The position numbers and the translations under genes were made by a program. A DNA stretch of 64,000 nucleotides, taken from NCBI GenBank assembly GCA_040880465.1, contig JBBDIK010000007.1, positions 40,342 to 104,341 of the forward strand, written 5' to 3'. The stretch is from Actinomycetota bacterium (lineage in GTDB: Bacteria; Actinomycetota; UBA4738; JBBDHU01). Positions 25,821-34,880 of this stretch are shown here, piece after piece (within the stretch, counting starts at the first letter, position 1; each line of letters begins with the position of its first letter). The notes beneath the pieces were generated by a model. The model was not told the origin of the DNA and searched no databases. It saw only the letters and a list, made by a program, of their open reading frames with translations.

Positions 25821-27124
25821 CCGACCGAGCGGATGGCCCCCGCCGTTCGCTCGACGATCTCGGTCACGATCTCGCCGGAGAGCGCGAACGGCGGGCCCAG
25901 CATCACGAGGTCACCGTTCACCCCATCTGCACACCCGGTACTCGGGTACAGCAGGAGTCCGAGATCCCTCGCCGTCCGAACGACCTGTTCGGCCACGTGC
26001 TGGTCCCGCTGAAAGGCCTCCTTCGTCGCGCGATCGCGGACCAGTTCGATGCCGATCATCAGTCCCTTCCCACGGATGTCTCCGACGATCGCATCGTCGG
26101 CCAGCGCGTCACGGAGCCCATCGATCAGCAGTTCGCCGTTCGCGCGGCACGCCTCGACCAGGTCACCCTCGATCAGCTGGTGGAGCACCGCGAGCCCCAC
26201 CGCCGTCCCGACCGCATTGTGCGAATACGTGAACCCGTGCACGAATCCGGACTCGGCCACAGCCCGTCCGACGTGGCCGCTCGCGATGGCGAGCCCGAGC
26301 GGCCAGTAGCCGCTGGACGCGCCCTTGCCGGCCGTGATGATGTCGGGCCGCACCCCCCAGTGATCGACCCCGAACCACATCCCGGTTCTGCCGAACCCGG
26401 TCATCACCTCGTCGGCGATCACCAGCACACCGTGACGGCGGCAAACCTCGACCACCGCGGGCCAATAGTCGTCGGGCGGAACGGCCGCGCCGAGGGTCGC
26501 ACCGGCGATCGGCTCTGCGATGAACGCGGCGACCGTTTCCGGTCCCTCGGCCTCGATCACTCGCTCGAGTTCTTCCGCGTGCGCCTGCCCGCATGACTCC
26601 GGGTGCTCGTTCATCGGGCAGCGGTACTCGTACACCGGCGGCACGTGGATCGACTTGTCGAGCCACGGTTGGTAGGGGGCCCGGAGCGGCATCCGGCCGC
26701 TGGCGTCGAGCGCCCCCCGCGTATTGCCGTGGTACGAACCCCAGCGCGAGACGATCTTGTGGCGGCCGTCGGCACCTTGCGCCAGGTGGAACGCCCGCGC
26801 CATCTTGAACGCGGTCTCTACGGCCTCGCTTCCGCCCGAGACGGGGTAGACCATCGGGTCGTCCATCGGCAGGAGTGGTGCCAGCTCATCGGCGTACCGC
26901 TCCAACGGTTCGGCGGTGAACTGCGAGCCATGCACGTAGGAGAACCTCGCCATCTGCTCCGAGACGGCCGCTGCGACGGCGCCGTCTCCGTGACCGATGT
27001 TGACGACGATCGCACCACCGGCGGCGTCGATATACCGCTTCCCGCCCTCGTCCTCGATCCAGACGCCCTCCGCACTAACGGCCTTGGGGAGGGCTCCGGC
27101 CACACGCGGGAAGACGTGGCTCAT
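25817..27124 (-). CDS. class-III (omega) aminotransferase
   Basis: SGGSEAVETAFKMAR and DEVMTGFGRTG...AGKGASSGYWPLG (PLP-Lys region). Confidence 0.85.
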   Translation of the reverse strand: MSHVFPRVAGALPKAVSAEGVWIEDEGGKRYIDAAGGAIVVNIGHGDGAVAAAVSEQMARFSYVHGSQFTAEPLERYADELAPLLPMDDPMVYPVSGGSEAVETAFKMARAFHLAQGADGRHKIVSRWGSYHGNTRGALDASGRMPLRAPYQPWLDKSIHVPPVYEYRCPMNEHPESCGQAHAEELERVIEAEGPETVAAFIAEPIAGATLGAAVPPDDYWPAVVEVCRRHGVLVIADEVMTGFGRTGMWFGVDHWGVRPDIITAGKGASSGYWPLGLAIASGHVGRAVAESGFVHGFTYSHNAVGTAVGLAVLHQLIEGDLVEACRANGELLIDGLRDALADDAIVGDIRGKGLMIGIELVRDRATKEAFQRDQHVAEQVVRTARDLGLLLYPSTGCADGVNGDLVMLGPPFALSGEIVTEIVERTAGAIRSVG

Positions 27125-27891
27125 CGCGAGTAGACCCCCTCGGGGTCCAGCTCCTCGCGGATCAGACGGAGTTCCTCGTCGGTAGGGGCCGGCGTCTCAC
27201 GGACATCGTCGGCGACCTTCATCTCCCAACCGGTGTTCTCACGGATATCCCCCAGCGTGACGCCGGCGTGCATCGAGACCAGCGTCATCTCACCGCTCTT
27301 CTCGTCGAACCGGTACTCCCCGAGGTCGGTGATGACCACGTACGGCCCCGCGCCCAGCCAGCCGCGGGCCTGCTCCACCGCCGGGTCGGATGCATGGCCA
27401 GGCGATGTCTGGAACGACAGCTCCTCGACGAAGGAGCGCTTCTTCTGCGGCATGATGATGAACACCCGCCGCGCGTTCATCGCGATCTCGACCGCGCCAC
27501 CCGAGCCGGGCAACCGTACCTTCGGACGCGCGTAGTCCCCGATCACGGTCGTGTTCAGGTTCCCGTGACGGTCGATCTCGGCCCCCTGCAGGAAACCGAC
27601 GTCGATCAGCCCGGCTTGCAGGTAGAACGCGAACAGGTCGAACTGGCTCGTGACCGCGGTCGCGCCCGTCACCAGCGTCGGATCTCCGATCGAAAGAGCC
27701 AGCCGCATCGGTTCGGCGCCGAAAACGCCGGCCTCGTAGACCATCTGGATGTCGGGCGAGACCGTTCGCTTGGCTAGGTTGACCGCGATGTTCGGCATAC
27801 CGACGCCGACGAAGCAGATCTTCTCGCCCTCGAGCCATCGCGCACTCTGCACGATCATCATCTCGTTCCGCGAGAAACCCAGGTCGGTCAT
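27121..27891 (-). CDS. CoA-transferase subunit B (family I, glutaconate/3-oxoacid type)
   Basis: FVGVGMPN and SGGAVEI motifs. The internal ATG at 27891 overlaps the subunit A stop. Confidence 0.8.
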   Translation of the reverse strand: MTDLGFSRNEMMIVQSARWLEGEKICFVGVGMPNIAVNLAKRTVSPDIQMVYEAGVFGAEPMRLALSIGDPTLVTGATAVTSQFDLFAFYLQAGLIDVGFLQGAEIDRHGNLNTTVIGDYARPKVRLPGSGGAVEIAMNARRVFIIMPQKKRSFVEELSFQTSPGHASDPAVEQARGWLGAGPYVVITDLGEYRFDEKSGEMTLVSMHAGVTLGDIRENTGWEMKVADDVRETPAPTDEELRLIREELDPEGVYSR

Positions 27892-28808
27892 GCGTACTCC
27901 CCGTAGTCGACCTCGCCCGACAGCGCTTCGCCCGTGGGGCGCAACGAGTCCCAATGAGCGTCGCCCCACTTCTCGACGTAGTCCTTGTGGCTCGACAGGT
28001 CGTAGACCCACTCCTTCAGCCAGCCGTCGAACGCCTCCGAGTCGCGGGCGATCGCGTCCCAGTCGAGGTAGAACCGGTTATCGCGGTCGTAATAGCCCTG
28101 CACATAGCTCGGATGGCATGCGAGCGGTTCCTCGACGACCGCATCGACCTTGATGCCGGGGATGACGGTGCGGTTGGGGTCGGCGCGGACGACGTCGCCG
28201 GCGACGACCTCCTCAACCACGACGATCACCCGCTTCGAGGCGAACGCCACCTCCTTCTGCGAACCGAGCAGTCCCCAGATCTGGGTGTTCCCCTCGTCGT
28301 CGGCGCGCTGCGCGTGGATGATGGCGACGTCCGGGTTGAGCGGCGGCACCACGGCGATGGGCCCATCCCCGTACGGCGAGTCCACCGTCCGGATCTTGGG
28401 GTTCACCTTCGGGATGTCGGACTCCTCGTAGCTCCGCAAGGGGAAGAACGGCAGGTTCGCAGCTCCGGCCGTGTAGCGCGAGACCATCCCGAAGTGGCTG
28501 TACTCCTCGATCTGCAGGGGGGCGGGGTCGTGCTTCTCGATCCGGCGCCGGATGGCGTGGAGCGAGCCGACGCCGGGGTTCCCGAGCCAGGAGAAGATGA
28601 GCTTGGTCGCGACACCCGCCCCGATCATCTGGTCGTAGATGACGTCGGGCGTCATCCGGGCCAGCGTGAGGTCCTTGCGGCCCTGGCGGATGATCTCGTG
28701 GCCGGCGGCGAAGCAGATCAGGTGCGTGAAGCCCTCGATCGCAACCGTGTCGCCGTCGCCGACCAGCTCCGCGACCGCATCGCGCATCGAGACGACCTTG
28801 CGTGTCAT
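27888..28808 (-). CDS. CoA-transferase subunit A
   Basis: DGDTVAIEGF and the length/fold pattern of GctA/AtoD-like subunits. Coupled to subunit B. Confidence 0.8.
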   Translation of the reverse strand: MTRKVVSMRDAVAELVGDGDTVAIEGFTHLICFAAGHEIIRQGRKDLTLARMTPDVIYDQMIGAGVATKLIFSWLGNPGVGSLHAIRRRIEKHDPAPLQIEEYSHFGMVSRYTAGAANLPFFPLRSYEESDIPKVNPKIRTVDSPYGDGPIAVVPPLNPDVAIIHAQRADDEGNTQIWGLLGSQKEVAFASKRVIVVVEEVVAGDVVRADPNRTVIPGIKVDAVVEEPLACHPSYVQGYYDRDNRFYLDWDAIARDSEAFDGWLKEWVYDLSSHKDYVEKWGDAHWDSLRPTGEALSGEVDYGEYA

Positions 28809-28817
28809 GGCCGGAGC

Positions 28818-30167
28818 CTACCGGCCCGCGACGTCGGCGACCGCGTCCTCGAACAGGCGAAGCGAGGTCTCGGCCTGGTCCTCCCGGAACACCAGCGGCG
28901 GAGACATCCGGATCGCGTCGTCGCCGCATCCGAGCATCAGCAACCCGCGGCGGAACGCCGCCTTCTCGACGGCGTCGGCCGAGTCGTGGTCGGGGAACTC
29001 GATCCCGATCATCAGGCCGAGCCCGCGCACCTCGCGGATCGCGTCCTGCCGGGACTGGATGTCCCGCAAGCCGTTCAGCATGACGTTGCCGACCTTCTCG
29101 GCGTTCTGCATCAGCCCATTCTCGATCAGGTCGATCGACGCCAACGCCGCCGCACACGAGGTCGGCGAACCCCCGTAGGTCGAACCGTGCGCACCGAGCT
29201 CCCAACTCATCAGATGCTCCTTGGCGATCATCGCGCCGAGCGGCATCCCCGACGCGATGCCCTTGCCCGAGAGTACGACGTCGGGCTCGACACCGAAGTG
29301 CTCGATCGCCCACATCTTGCCGGTGCGCCCCATCCCCGACTGCACCTCGTCGGCGACCAGCAGGATCCCGTGGCGATCGCACAGTTCACGGAGCGCCTGG
29401 AGCCAGCCGTCCGGCGGAACGATGTAGCCGCCCTCGCCCAGGATCGGCTCGACGATGATCGCCGCCACTTCATCGGCCGCGACGACCCGCTTGAACAGGA
29501 TCTTCTCGATGTAGCCGATCGTCGGAAACCCGTACTCGCCGCTGGCGTCGGCCAACTCGAGCCCCCAGCCGTGACCGTCGCCGTAGGGCGCATGGAAGAT
29601 GCCTGGGAGCATCGGGCCGAACTTCGCGCGGTAGATGGTCTTGGACGCCGTGACCGAGACGCTGCCGTAGCTGCGTCCGTGGAACGCCCCATAGAACCCG
29701 ATGATGTTCTGCCGCCCGGTGACGTACCGCGCCAGTTTGATCGACGCCTCGACCGCCTCCGTTCCGCTGTTGGTCAGGAACGCACGGACCGAACCGGACA
29801 TCGGCGCGACCGAATCGAGGCGCGCGCAGACCTCGCTGTAGATCGGCAGGAAGAAGTCCGAGGCCGAATAGTGGATCAGTTCGGCCGCTTGCCGCTGGAT
29901 CGCCTCGACAACCTTCGGATGCGAGTGGCCGGTGGAGTTCACGGCGATGCCGGCGTTCAGATCCAGGAACAGGTTCCCGTCGACGTCCTCGACCACGCTG
30001 CCACTGCCGCGCCGCGGCACGAACTCGTACGCCCGCGGGAGCGACGGGGACGTGACCGACGCGTCGCGAGCGATGACTGCCTGTGCCTCCGGCCCCGGCA
30101 GCGATCCCGAAACGCGAGGCTCGGAAACGGCCGCGAGTTCCTCGACACTGAGTTCGGCGGTCGTCAC
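28818..30167 (-). CDS. class-III aminotransferase, 4-aminobutyrate aminotransferase-like
   Basis: SGTEAVEASIKLAR and DEVQSGMGRTGKMWAIEHF...SGKGIASGMPLG. GTG start overlaps the ALDH stop. Confidence 0.85.
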   Translation of the reverse strand: MTTAELSVEELAAVSEPRVSGSLPGPEAQAVIARDASVTSPSLPRAYEFVPRRGSGSVVEDVDGNLFLDLNAGIAVNSTGHSHPKVVEAIQRQAAELIHYSASDFFLPIYSEVCARLDSVAPMSGSVRAFLTNSGTEAVEASIKLARYVTGRQNIIGFYGAFHGRSYGSVSVTASKTIYRAKFGPMLPGIFHAPYGDGHGWGLELADASGEYGFPTIGYIEKILFKRVVAADEVAAIIVEPILGEGGYIVPPDGWLQALRELCDRHGILLVADEVQSGMGRTGKMWAIEHFGVEPDVVLSGKGIASGMPLGAMIAKEHLMSWELGAHGSTYGGSPTSCAAALASIDLIENGLMQNAEKVGNVMLNGLRDIQSRQDAIREVRGLGLMIGIEFPDHDSADAVEKAAFRRGLLMLGCGDDAIRMSPPLVFREDQAETSLRLFEDAVADVAGR

Positions 30168-31726
30168 TCGATCACCGTCCGGGACTGCTCACGCATGTAC
30201 TGCAGCACGTAGTACGGTCCGCCCGACGCCTTGCCGGTGGTTCCGGAGCCCTTCCATCCACCGAAAGGCTGCGCGCCCGGCCACGCGCCGGTGGTCGACC
30301 CCGCCGGCCGGTTCACGTAGACGACGCCGGCCTCGATCTCGCTGAGGAAGCGGTCGACCTCCTTGTCGTCCTCGCTGTAGAAGCCTGCGGTCAGACCGTA
30401 TTCCGTATCGTTGGCCAACTCCAGGGCCTCGTCGAGCGAGTCCACCGGACCTACTGCCACGAACGGAACGAACAGCTCGCGCCTCCAGATCCACGAGTCG
30501 CGCGGGACCGCGGCCACCGTCGGCTTCACGTAGTTGCCCCGCGCGAGGTCGCCGTCGGTCACGCGCTCACCGCCGGTGATGATCTCGCCGCTGTTGCGAG
30601 CTTCCTGCGAGGCCTCCTCGTAGGTCTTCAGCGCCGCCTCGTTGATGACCGGACCGAGGTAGACGTCCTTGTCCAGCGGGTTCCCGAGCTTGATCCTGTC
30701 GGTCTTGTCCTTGAGCTGGGCGACGAAGTCCTCGTACACCTCGCGCTCGACGTAGACCCGGGAGTTCGCCGAGCATTTCTGACCCTGCAAGCCGAACGCG
30801 CTGCGCATCACGCCGTCCGTCGCCTTGTCCAGGTCGGCGTTCTTCGTGACGATCGTCGGGTTCTTACCGCCCATCTCGCAGATGACCGGCTTCGGGTACT
30901 CCTTGGCGAAGTTCTTGTAGATCGACATCCCGACCGTGTACGAGCCCGTGAAGGTGAGGCCTCCGACGTCGGGGCTGCTGACGAACTCGTCGCCGACCTC
31001 ACTGCCCGGACCGCTGACGTAGTGGAACGCCCCGGCCGGAACACCGGCGTCGCGATAGATCTCGAAGAGCCGGATGCCCGTCGCCGCACCGGCGTTGGAG
31101 GGCTTGAACACCACGCAGTTGCCAGCGGCCAGCGCCGCGCTGGACGGACCGGCCGACAGCGCCATCGGGAAGTTGAACGGGCTGATGATGGCCCAGACCC
31201 CATAGGGCCGCATGACGTCGTAGTACTCACCGGGTGCCCCGAGCTGCTGCATCGGCTCGCGGAACCCGTTGTGCTCTTCCATCGCGTGGCAGTTCCAGCG
31301 GATGAGGTCAGCGGACTCCTCGATGTCGCCGAGCGCCTCGAGGCGGTTCTTGCCGACCTCCATCGCCATCAGTGCCGACAGTTCGTTGCGGTTCTCGCTG
31401 ATCAGGTCGGCGGCCTTGTTCAGGATGCGGACGCGCTCTTCCCACGGCGTCGCCGCCCAGATCGGCGCGAAGTCCTTCGCCGCAGCGATGGCGTCCTTGG
31501 CGTCCTGGCGCGTTCCCTGCGCGAACTCGCCGATGATCAGCTCGCTGTCGACCGGGCTGACCTCGGCGTGATACCCGGTTCCCTCACGGGCCTCGCCGTT
31601 GACGTAGAACGGATGCTTCCGGCCGATCCACGCCTTAGCCTTCTCGATGCCCTCGTCGTAGAGCTTGTGCATCTCCTCGTCGTCCGCCGACATGGTCGCG
31701 TACGTAACGCGGAAGCCTTCTGCCAT
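30164..31726 (-). CDS. aldehyde dehydrogenase, 1-pyrroline-5-carboxylate / glutamate-semialdehyde dehydrogenase-like
   Basis: 520 aa. Motifs FTGSYTVG, EMGGKNP and a QKCSA catalytic Cys region. Confidence 0.8.
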   Translation of the reverse strand: MAEGFRVTYATMSADDEEMHKLYDEGIEKAKAWIGRKHPFYVNGEAREGTGYHAEVSPVDSELIIGEFAQGTRQDAKDAIAAAKDFAPIWAATPWEERVRILNKAADLISENRNELSALMAMEVGKNRLEALGDIEESADLIRWNCHAMEEHNGFREPMQQLGAPGEYYDVMRPYGVWAIISPFNFPMALSAGPSSAALAAGNCVVFKPSNAGAATGIRLFEIYRDAGVPAGAFHYVSGPGSEVGDEFVSSPDVGGLTFTGSYTVGMSIYKNFAKEYPKPVICEMGGKNPTIVTKNADLDKATDGVMRSAFGLQGQKCSANSRVYVEREVYEDFVAQLKDKTDRIKLGNPLDKDVYLGPVINEAALKTYEEASQEARNSGEIITGGERVTDGDLARGNYVKPTVAAVPRDSWIWRRELFVPFVAVGPVDSLDEALELANDTEYGLTAGFYSEDDKEVDRFLSEIEAGVVYVNRPAGSTTGAWPGAQPFGGWKGSGTTGKASGGPYYVLQYMREQSRTVIE

Positions 31727-31795
31727 CTCAGATCGCCCCCTGAAAGCTGTGGCCTGTTCGGTTCCCTATGGTAACGCGCCGACGATTCAAGGGCC

Positions 31796-31835
31796 AAACC
31801 CCCTGCCGACGGTGTGAATTTTCGGCGAGGGGTTT
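31796..31835. promoter_or_regulatory. imperfect 14-nt-arm inverted repeat in the divergent ALDH-operon / FAH promoter region
   Basis: AAACCCCCTGCCGA-N11-TCGGCGAGGGGTTT: arms of 7 bp plus 5 bp, separated by a 2-nt mismatch. Confidence 0.3.
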
Positions 31836-31877
31836 CTGCTGAATCCGCCTCCGCGTGGGAGTATCATCGCCCTCCCG

Positions 31878-32633
31878 GTGAGGCTTGTCACGTTCGAGCG
31901 GAGGGGGCACCGGCGTCTGGGGGCAGTCGCCGGCACCAGGATCGTGGATCTGTCCGGAGCTGTCGGACATCCCGCCTTCCCCTCCACGATGGAAGCCCTC
32001 GTCGCGCGACCGCGCGGCACCGTCCTGGATGCCGCACGTGCGTCGTTGGACCGCTACGACGTCAAGGAGTGGATGCCGCGGAACCCGCACGTCGTCGCGC
32101 CGATCCTGCCGCCTTCGCTCGGCGCCGACCAGCACCGTTGGGTCGTCGGGCCCGACGCTGAGCTCCCCCGCCCGCCCGGCAACGGCGACGTCGTGTTCGA
32201 ACCGTCCATCGCGGCGGTGGTGTTCTCGCCGAACAAGAAACTGAAGAAGCGCGAGGCGGCGGAGTGCATCTTCGGCTACACGTTGATGACGTACTGGTCC
32301 CGCGGAGACGAGTTCGCGGCGTCGCTGGGGCCGTGGATCGTGACGGCCGACGAGTTCGATCCCGAGACCGAGCTGGAGGTTCGGGTCAACGGGAAACTGT
32401 GGGCCCAGGGAACGCTGAACGATGCAGAGGCGTCGTTCGGGGAGACGGTGTGGGCGGCGGCGAAGCAAGCACCGCTGCTGTCAGGCGATGTGTTCTGGTC
32501 CGGCGTCCTCGGCCCTCGGCGCAAACTGGCCAAGGCACCACGTTCAGGTTCCGTCGTCGAGCTTTCCGCCGAGGGCCTCGGGACCTTGACCAACACCGTC
32601 GGTCCCCGGGTCCGGCGCCGCGCCGCCAGCTAG
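31878..32633 (+). CDS. fumarylacetoacetate hydrolase (FAH) family protein
   Basis: N-terminal MRLVTFERRG..LGAV.G..IVDL pattern and C-terminal GDV..SG..G are typical of the FAH fold. Assignment is by eye only. Confidence 0.55.
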   Translation: MRLVTFERRGHRRLGAVAGTRIVDLSGAVGHPAFPSTMEALVARPRGTVLDAARASLDRYDVKEWMPRNPHVVAPILPPSLGADQHRWVVGPDAELPRPPGNGDVVFEPSIAAVVFSPNKKLKKREAAECIFGYTLMTYWSRGDEFAASLGPWIVTADEFDPETELEVRVNGKLWAQGTLNDAEASFGETVWAAAKQAPLLSGDVFWSGVLGPRRKLAKAPRSGSVVELSAEGLGTLTNTVGPRVRRRAAS

Positions 32634-32941
32634 CTCTCGGCGGAAGTCTTTGCCGGCTGGACGACCTTCGGGTCCCGGCCCCTCGATGCTCTCCTGACGA
32701 CCACGATGAGCAGCGCTGTTCCCGAGACCGCGGCGACCGGGGCTGCCGGCCACATCAACAGTGCCCGATCCAACAGGATGCGTGTCGTGCGACCCCCGTG
32801 GATCGCGAACATGAGGGCGAAGAAGAATGCCAGGATGACCGAGAGGGTAATCACGAAGCTCACAACGGCAAGGACCGCCAGTCCGCCAACAAGGACGGAC
32901 TGGCTCTCGACCCGACGCTCCTTACCCACGGACCGAAGCAT
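32630..32941 (-). CDS. small two/three-TM membrane protein
   Basis: Internal ATG at 32941. Hydrophobic stretches VLVGGLAVLAVVSFVITLSVILAFFFALMFAI and AAPVAAVSGTALLIVVV. Confidence 0.4.
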   Translation of the reverse strand: MLRSVGKERRVESQSVLVGGLAVLAVVSFVITLSVILAFFFALMFAIHGGRTTRILLDRALLMWPAAPVAAVSGTALLIVVVRRASRGRDPKVVQPAKTSAES

Positions 32942-33035
32942 GTGCCATCTGACCGGGATCCCGCAACAGATGCGCTCATTCACTGGCCATCTGGTCGTCC
33001 ATCGCGAACAACTCGAACGCTGGCTCAGGAGCCGC

Positions 33036-33470
33036 TCACAACGTCCCGCTCCCGGGGCGGCGCAGGAAGTTGAGAGGACGTTCGGGCTCGGTCGTCGAAG
33101 GGTGGTCGAGGAACGGCAGGACGTCGGCCGGCAGATCAACGGCGGGTACCACCTGAAACCCGAGGCGTTCGTAGAAGCCGATCCGCTGGTCCCGGCACTC
33201 CGTCCACCACTCGGCATCCCGCGAGCCCAGCACATGGCTCATCAGCTCGGAACCGATGCCCTGGCCTCGACGGGCCTCCCCTACAACCGCCACCGCCACC
33301 ACGACCCGCGCCGAGTCGAGTTCGATGAGTTCCACGGCGCCGACGACTTCATCGCCATCTCGTGCGACCCAGAGTTCGCCGCCGGAGACAGCTTCGTCCA
33401 TCCAGCCGTACTCGTGGTGCAGCGCCAGGACGGCTGGGTGCGCCTCCGCACCCGCCCGCCCGTGGTCCAT
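33036..33470 (-). CDS. GNAT family N-acetyltransferase
   Basis: ARRGQGIGSELM acetyl-CoA-binding motif and FYERLGF. Confidence 0.8.
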   Translation of the reverse strand: MDHGRAGAEAHPAVLALHHEYGWMDEAVSGGELWVARDGDEVVGAVELIELDSARVVVAVAVVGEARRGQGIGSELMSHVLGSRDAEWWTECRDQRIGFYERLGFQVVPAVDLPADVLPFLDHPSTTEPERPLNFLRRPGSGTL

Positions 33471-33472
33471 CG

Positions 33473-33589
33473 CTACTTGGCGGCCTTGCGCCCCTCGCCC
33501 TTGGCGAGCGCCTTGCGCTTCTCCCGGTCTTTCTTCGAACGGATGCGGTCCTTGGACCAGCGGACCTTGTTGCGATCTCCTCGACCCAT
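33473..33589 (-). CDS. 38-aa Lys/Arg-rich mini-protein (MGRGDRNKVRWSKDRIRSKKDREKRKALAKGEGRKAAK)
   Basis: Below the ORF-track cut-off. AGGAG Shine-Dalgarno lies 7 nt before the ATG and overlaps the proC stop (TAGGAG). Confidence 0.45.
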   Translation of the reverse strand: MGRGDRNKVRWSKDRIRSKKDREKRKALAKGEGRKAAK

Positions 33590-33599
33590 CAGTCGGCTC

Positions 33600-34430
33600 C
33601 TATTCGTCCTCGGCTTCGGCGCCCTTGGCCAGCTCCTGGGAGCGGTCACGGGCGGCGGAGATTGCGTTCAGGAACGCCGCACGGATGCCGGCGTTCTCCA
33701 ACTCCCGGATCGCCTCGATGGTCGTGCCGCCGGGCGACGTCACCATCTCACGCAGGATCACGGGGTGCTTGTTCGTGTCACGGAGCATCTTGGCCGACCC
33801 GAGCATCGTCTGGATGATCAACTCGGTCGCGACGTCGCGCGAGAGGCCCAGCAGGATGCACGCGTCGATCATCGCCTCAGCCAGCAGGAAGAAATACGCG
33901 GGGCCCGAGCCGCTGGTCGCCGTGATCGCGTCCAGGTGCTTCTCGGGCAGGCGCATCACCCGCCCGACGTTCGACAGCAGCTCCTCCGTCATGGTCAGGT
34001 GCTCATCATCGGCGCTCGAGCCCGTCGCGATCACCGACATCGCCTCGTCGACCAAGACGGCGACGTTCGACATGACGCGGACGACCGCCGTGCCATCCGG
34101 GCAGGCTGCCTCGACGAACGACGTCCGGATACCGGCGGCGAAGGAGATGACGAGCTGGTCGGCGCGGACCGAGCCCTTGATCTGCTCCAGCAGGGTGTCC
34201 ATGTCCTGGGGCTTCACGGATAGGACCAGCACGTCGGCCCACTCGACGGCTTCCGGGTTCGACAGGGTCGCCGCGATGCCGTATCGATCGGCCAGCTCGT
34301 TCACCCGCTTGCCACGGCGGCAGGTGACCATAATCTCGTCCTCGGTCCATCCGCCGGAGCGGATGAGCCCCGAGACGAGGGCCTCGCCCATCTTGCCGCC
34401 ACCCAGGAAGGCGACCTTGCGTCCGATCAT
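33600..34430 (-). CDS. proC: pyrroline-5-carboxylate reductase
   Basis: Internal ATG at 34430 preceded by GGAGGAA. Motifs FLGGGKMGEAL and SPGGTTIEAIRELE. Confidence 0.9.
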   Translation of the reverse strand: MIGRKVAFLGGGKMGEALVSGLIRSGGWTEDEIMVTCRRGKRVNELADRYGIAATLSNPEAVEWADVLVLSVKPQDMDTLLEQIKGSVRADQLVISFAAGIRTSFVEAACPDGTAVVRVMSNVAVLVDEAMSVIATGSSADDEHLTMTEELLSNVGRVMRLPEKHLDAITATSGSGPAYFFLLAEAMIDACILLGLSRDVATELIIQTMLGSAKMLRDTNKHPVILREMVTSPGGTTIEAIRELENAGIRAAFLNAISAARDRSQELAKGAEAEDE

Positions 34431-34440
34431 CCGAGATTCC

Positions 34441-34880
34441 TCCGAACCCGTTGGGCCCCTAGGGTAGCGAAGTCGGACGGTGGCAGGCGCCACAGGCCTT
34501 CGGCGGGCCGCGAGCATGGCCAGCGGGGAGGGCGGTGGAAAAGAAAGAACCCGAGAGACCTTCCGGCTCGTTGGTGACCGAAGCCACCAACCACCTTCTG
34601 GCCTCTCGGGCTCTAGGTGCCCCAAGCAACCTCGGCGGCGGGTCGGGGTGCGCCCCGACCGGTAGGCCCTTTCGTTGGGCTTTGGGGCCTTCCAAGCCTC
34701 TCCACCCGCACAGCTAGTTGGCCTTCCCAACCGTACGAGCAGGTGCGCCTAGTCGGCCTTACGGCTTTCCCAGGGGCCCCCGTTCGGTTCCCTGACTCCT
34801 TGCCGCTCTCGGCTGCTTGGAGCGAGACGGAATCTACCGACCGGCCTAGGCCGGGTCAACCCTGCAAACCCGCAGGTCAG
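34441..34880 (-). ncRNA. candidate structured RNA or long structured proC leader (unclassified)
   Basis: No credible ORF in any frame. On the minus strand there is an 8-bp hairpin capped by C(UUCG)G (34571..34590). It is enclosed by an 11-bp helix containing one G-U pair (34600..34610 with 34550..34560). A further 8-9-bp hairpin lies at 34639..34661. The wobble pairs form only on the minus strand. Confidence 0.3.

Noticed and set aside
27954-30212. 752-aa plus-strand ORF spanning the CoA-transferase and aminotransferase genes
   Set aside because: It lies antisense to two well-supported enzyme genes, has a low-complexity Arg/Asp/Leu/Pro composition and shows no motifs.
34441-34880. Possible RNase P RNA, tmRNA, SRP RNA or a known riboswitch
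   Set aside because: The universal RNase P elements (GAGGAAAGUCCGGGC, ACAGAACCCGGCUUA) are absent on both strands. There is no tRNA-like GGUUCGA.UCC...CCA end for tmRNA. There is no SRP domain IV motif, and no B12-box, TPP or c-di-AMP consensus. The region is kept only as an unclassified candidate.
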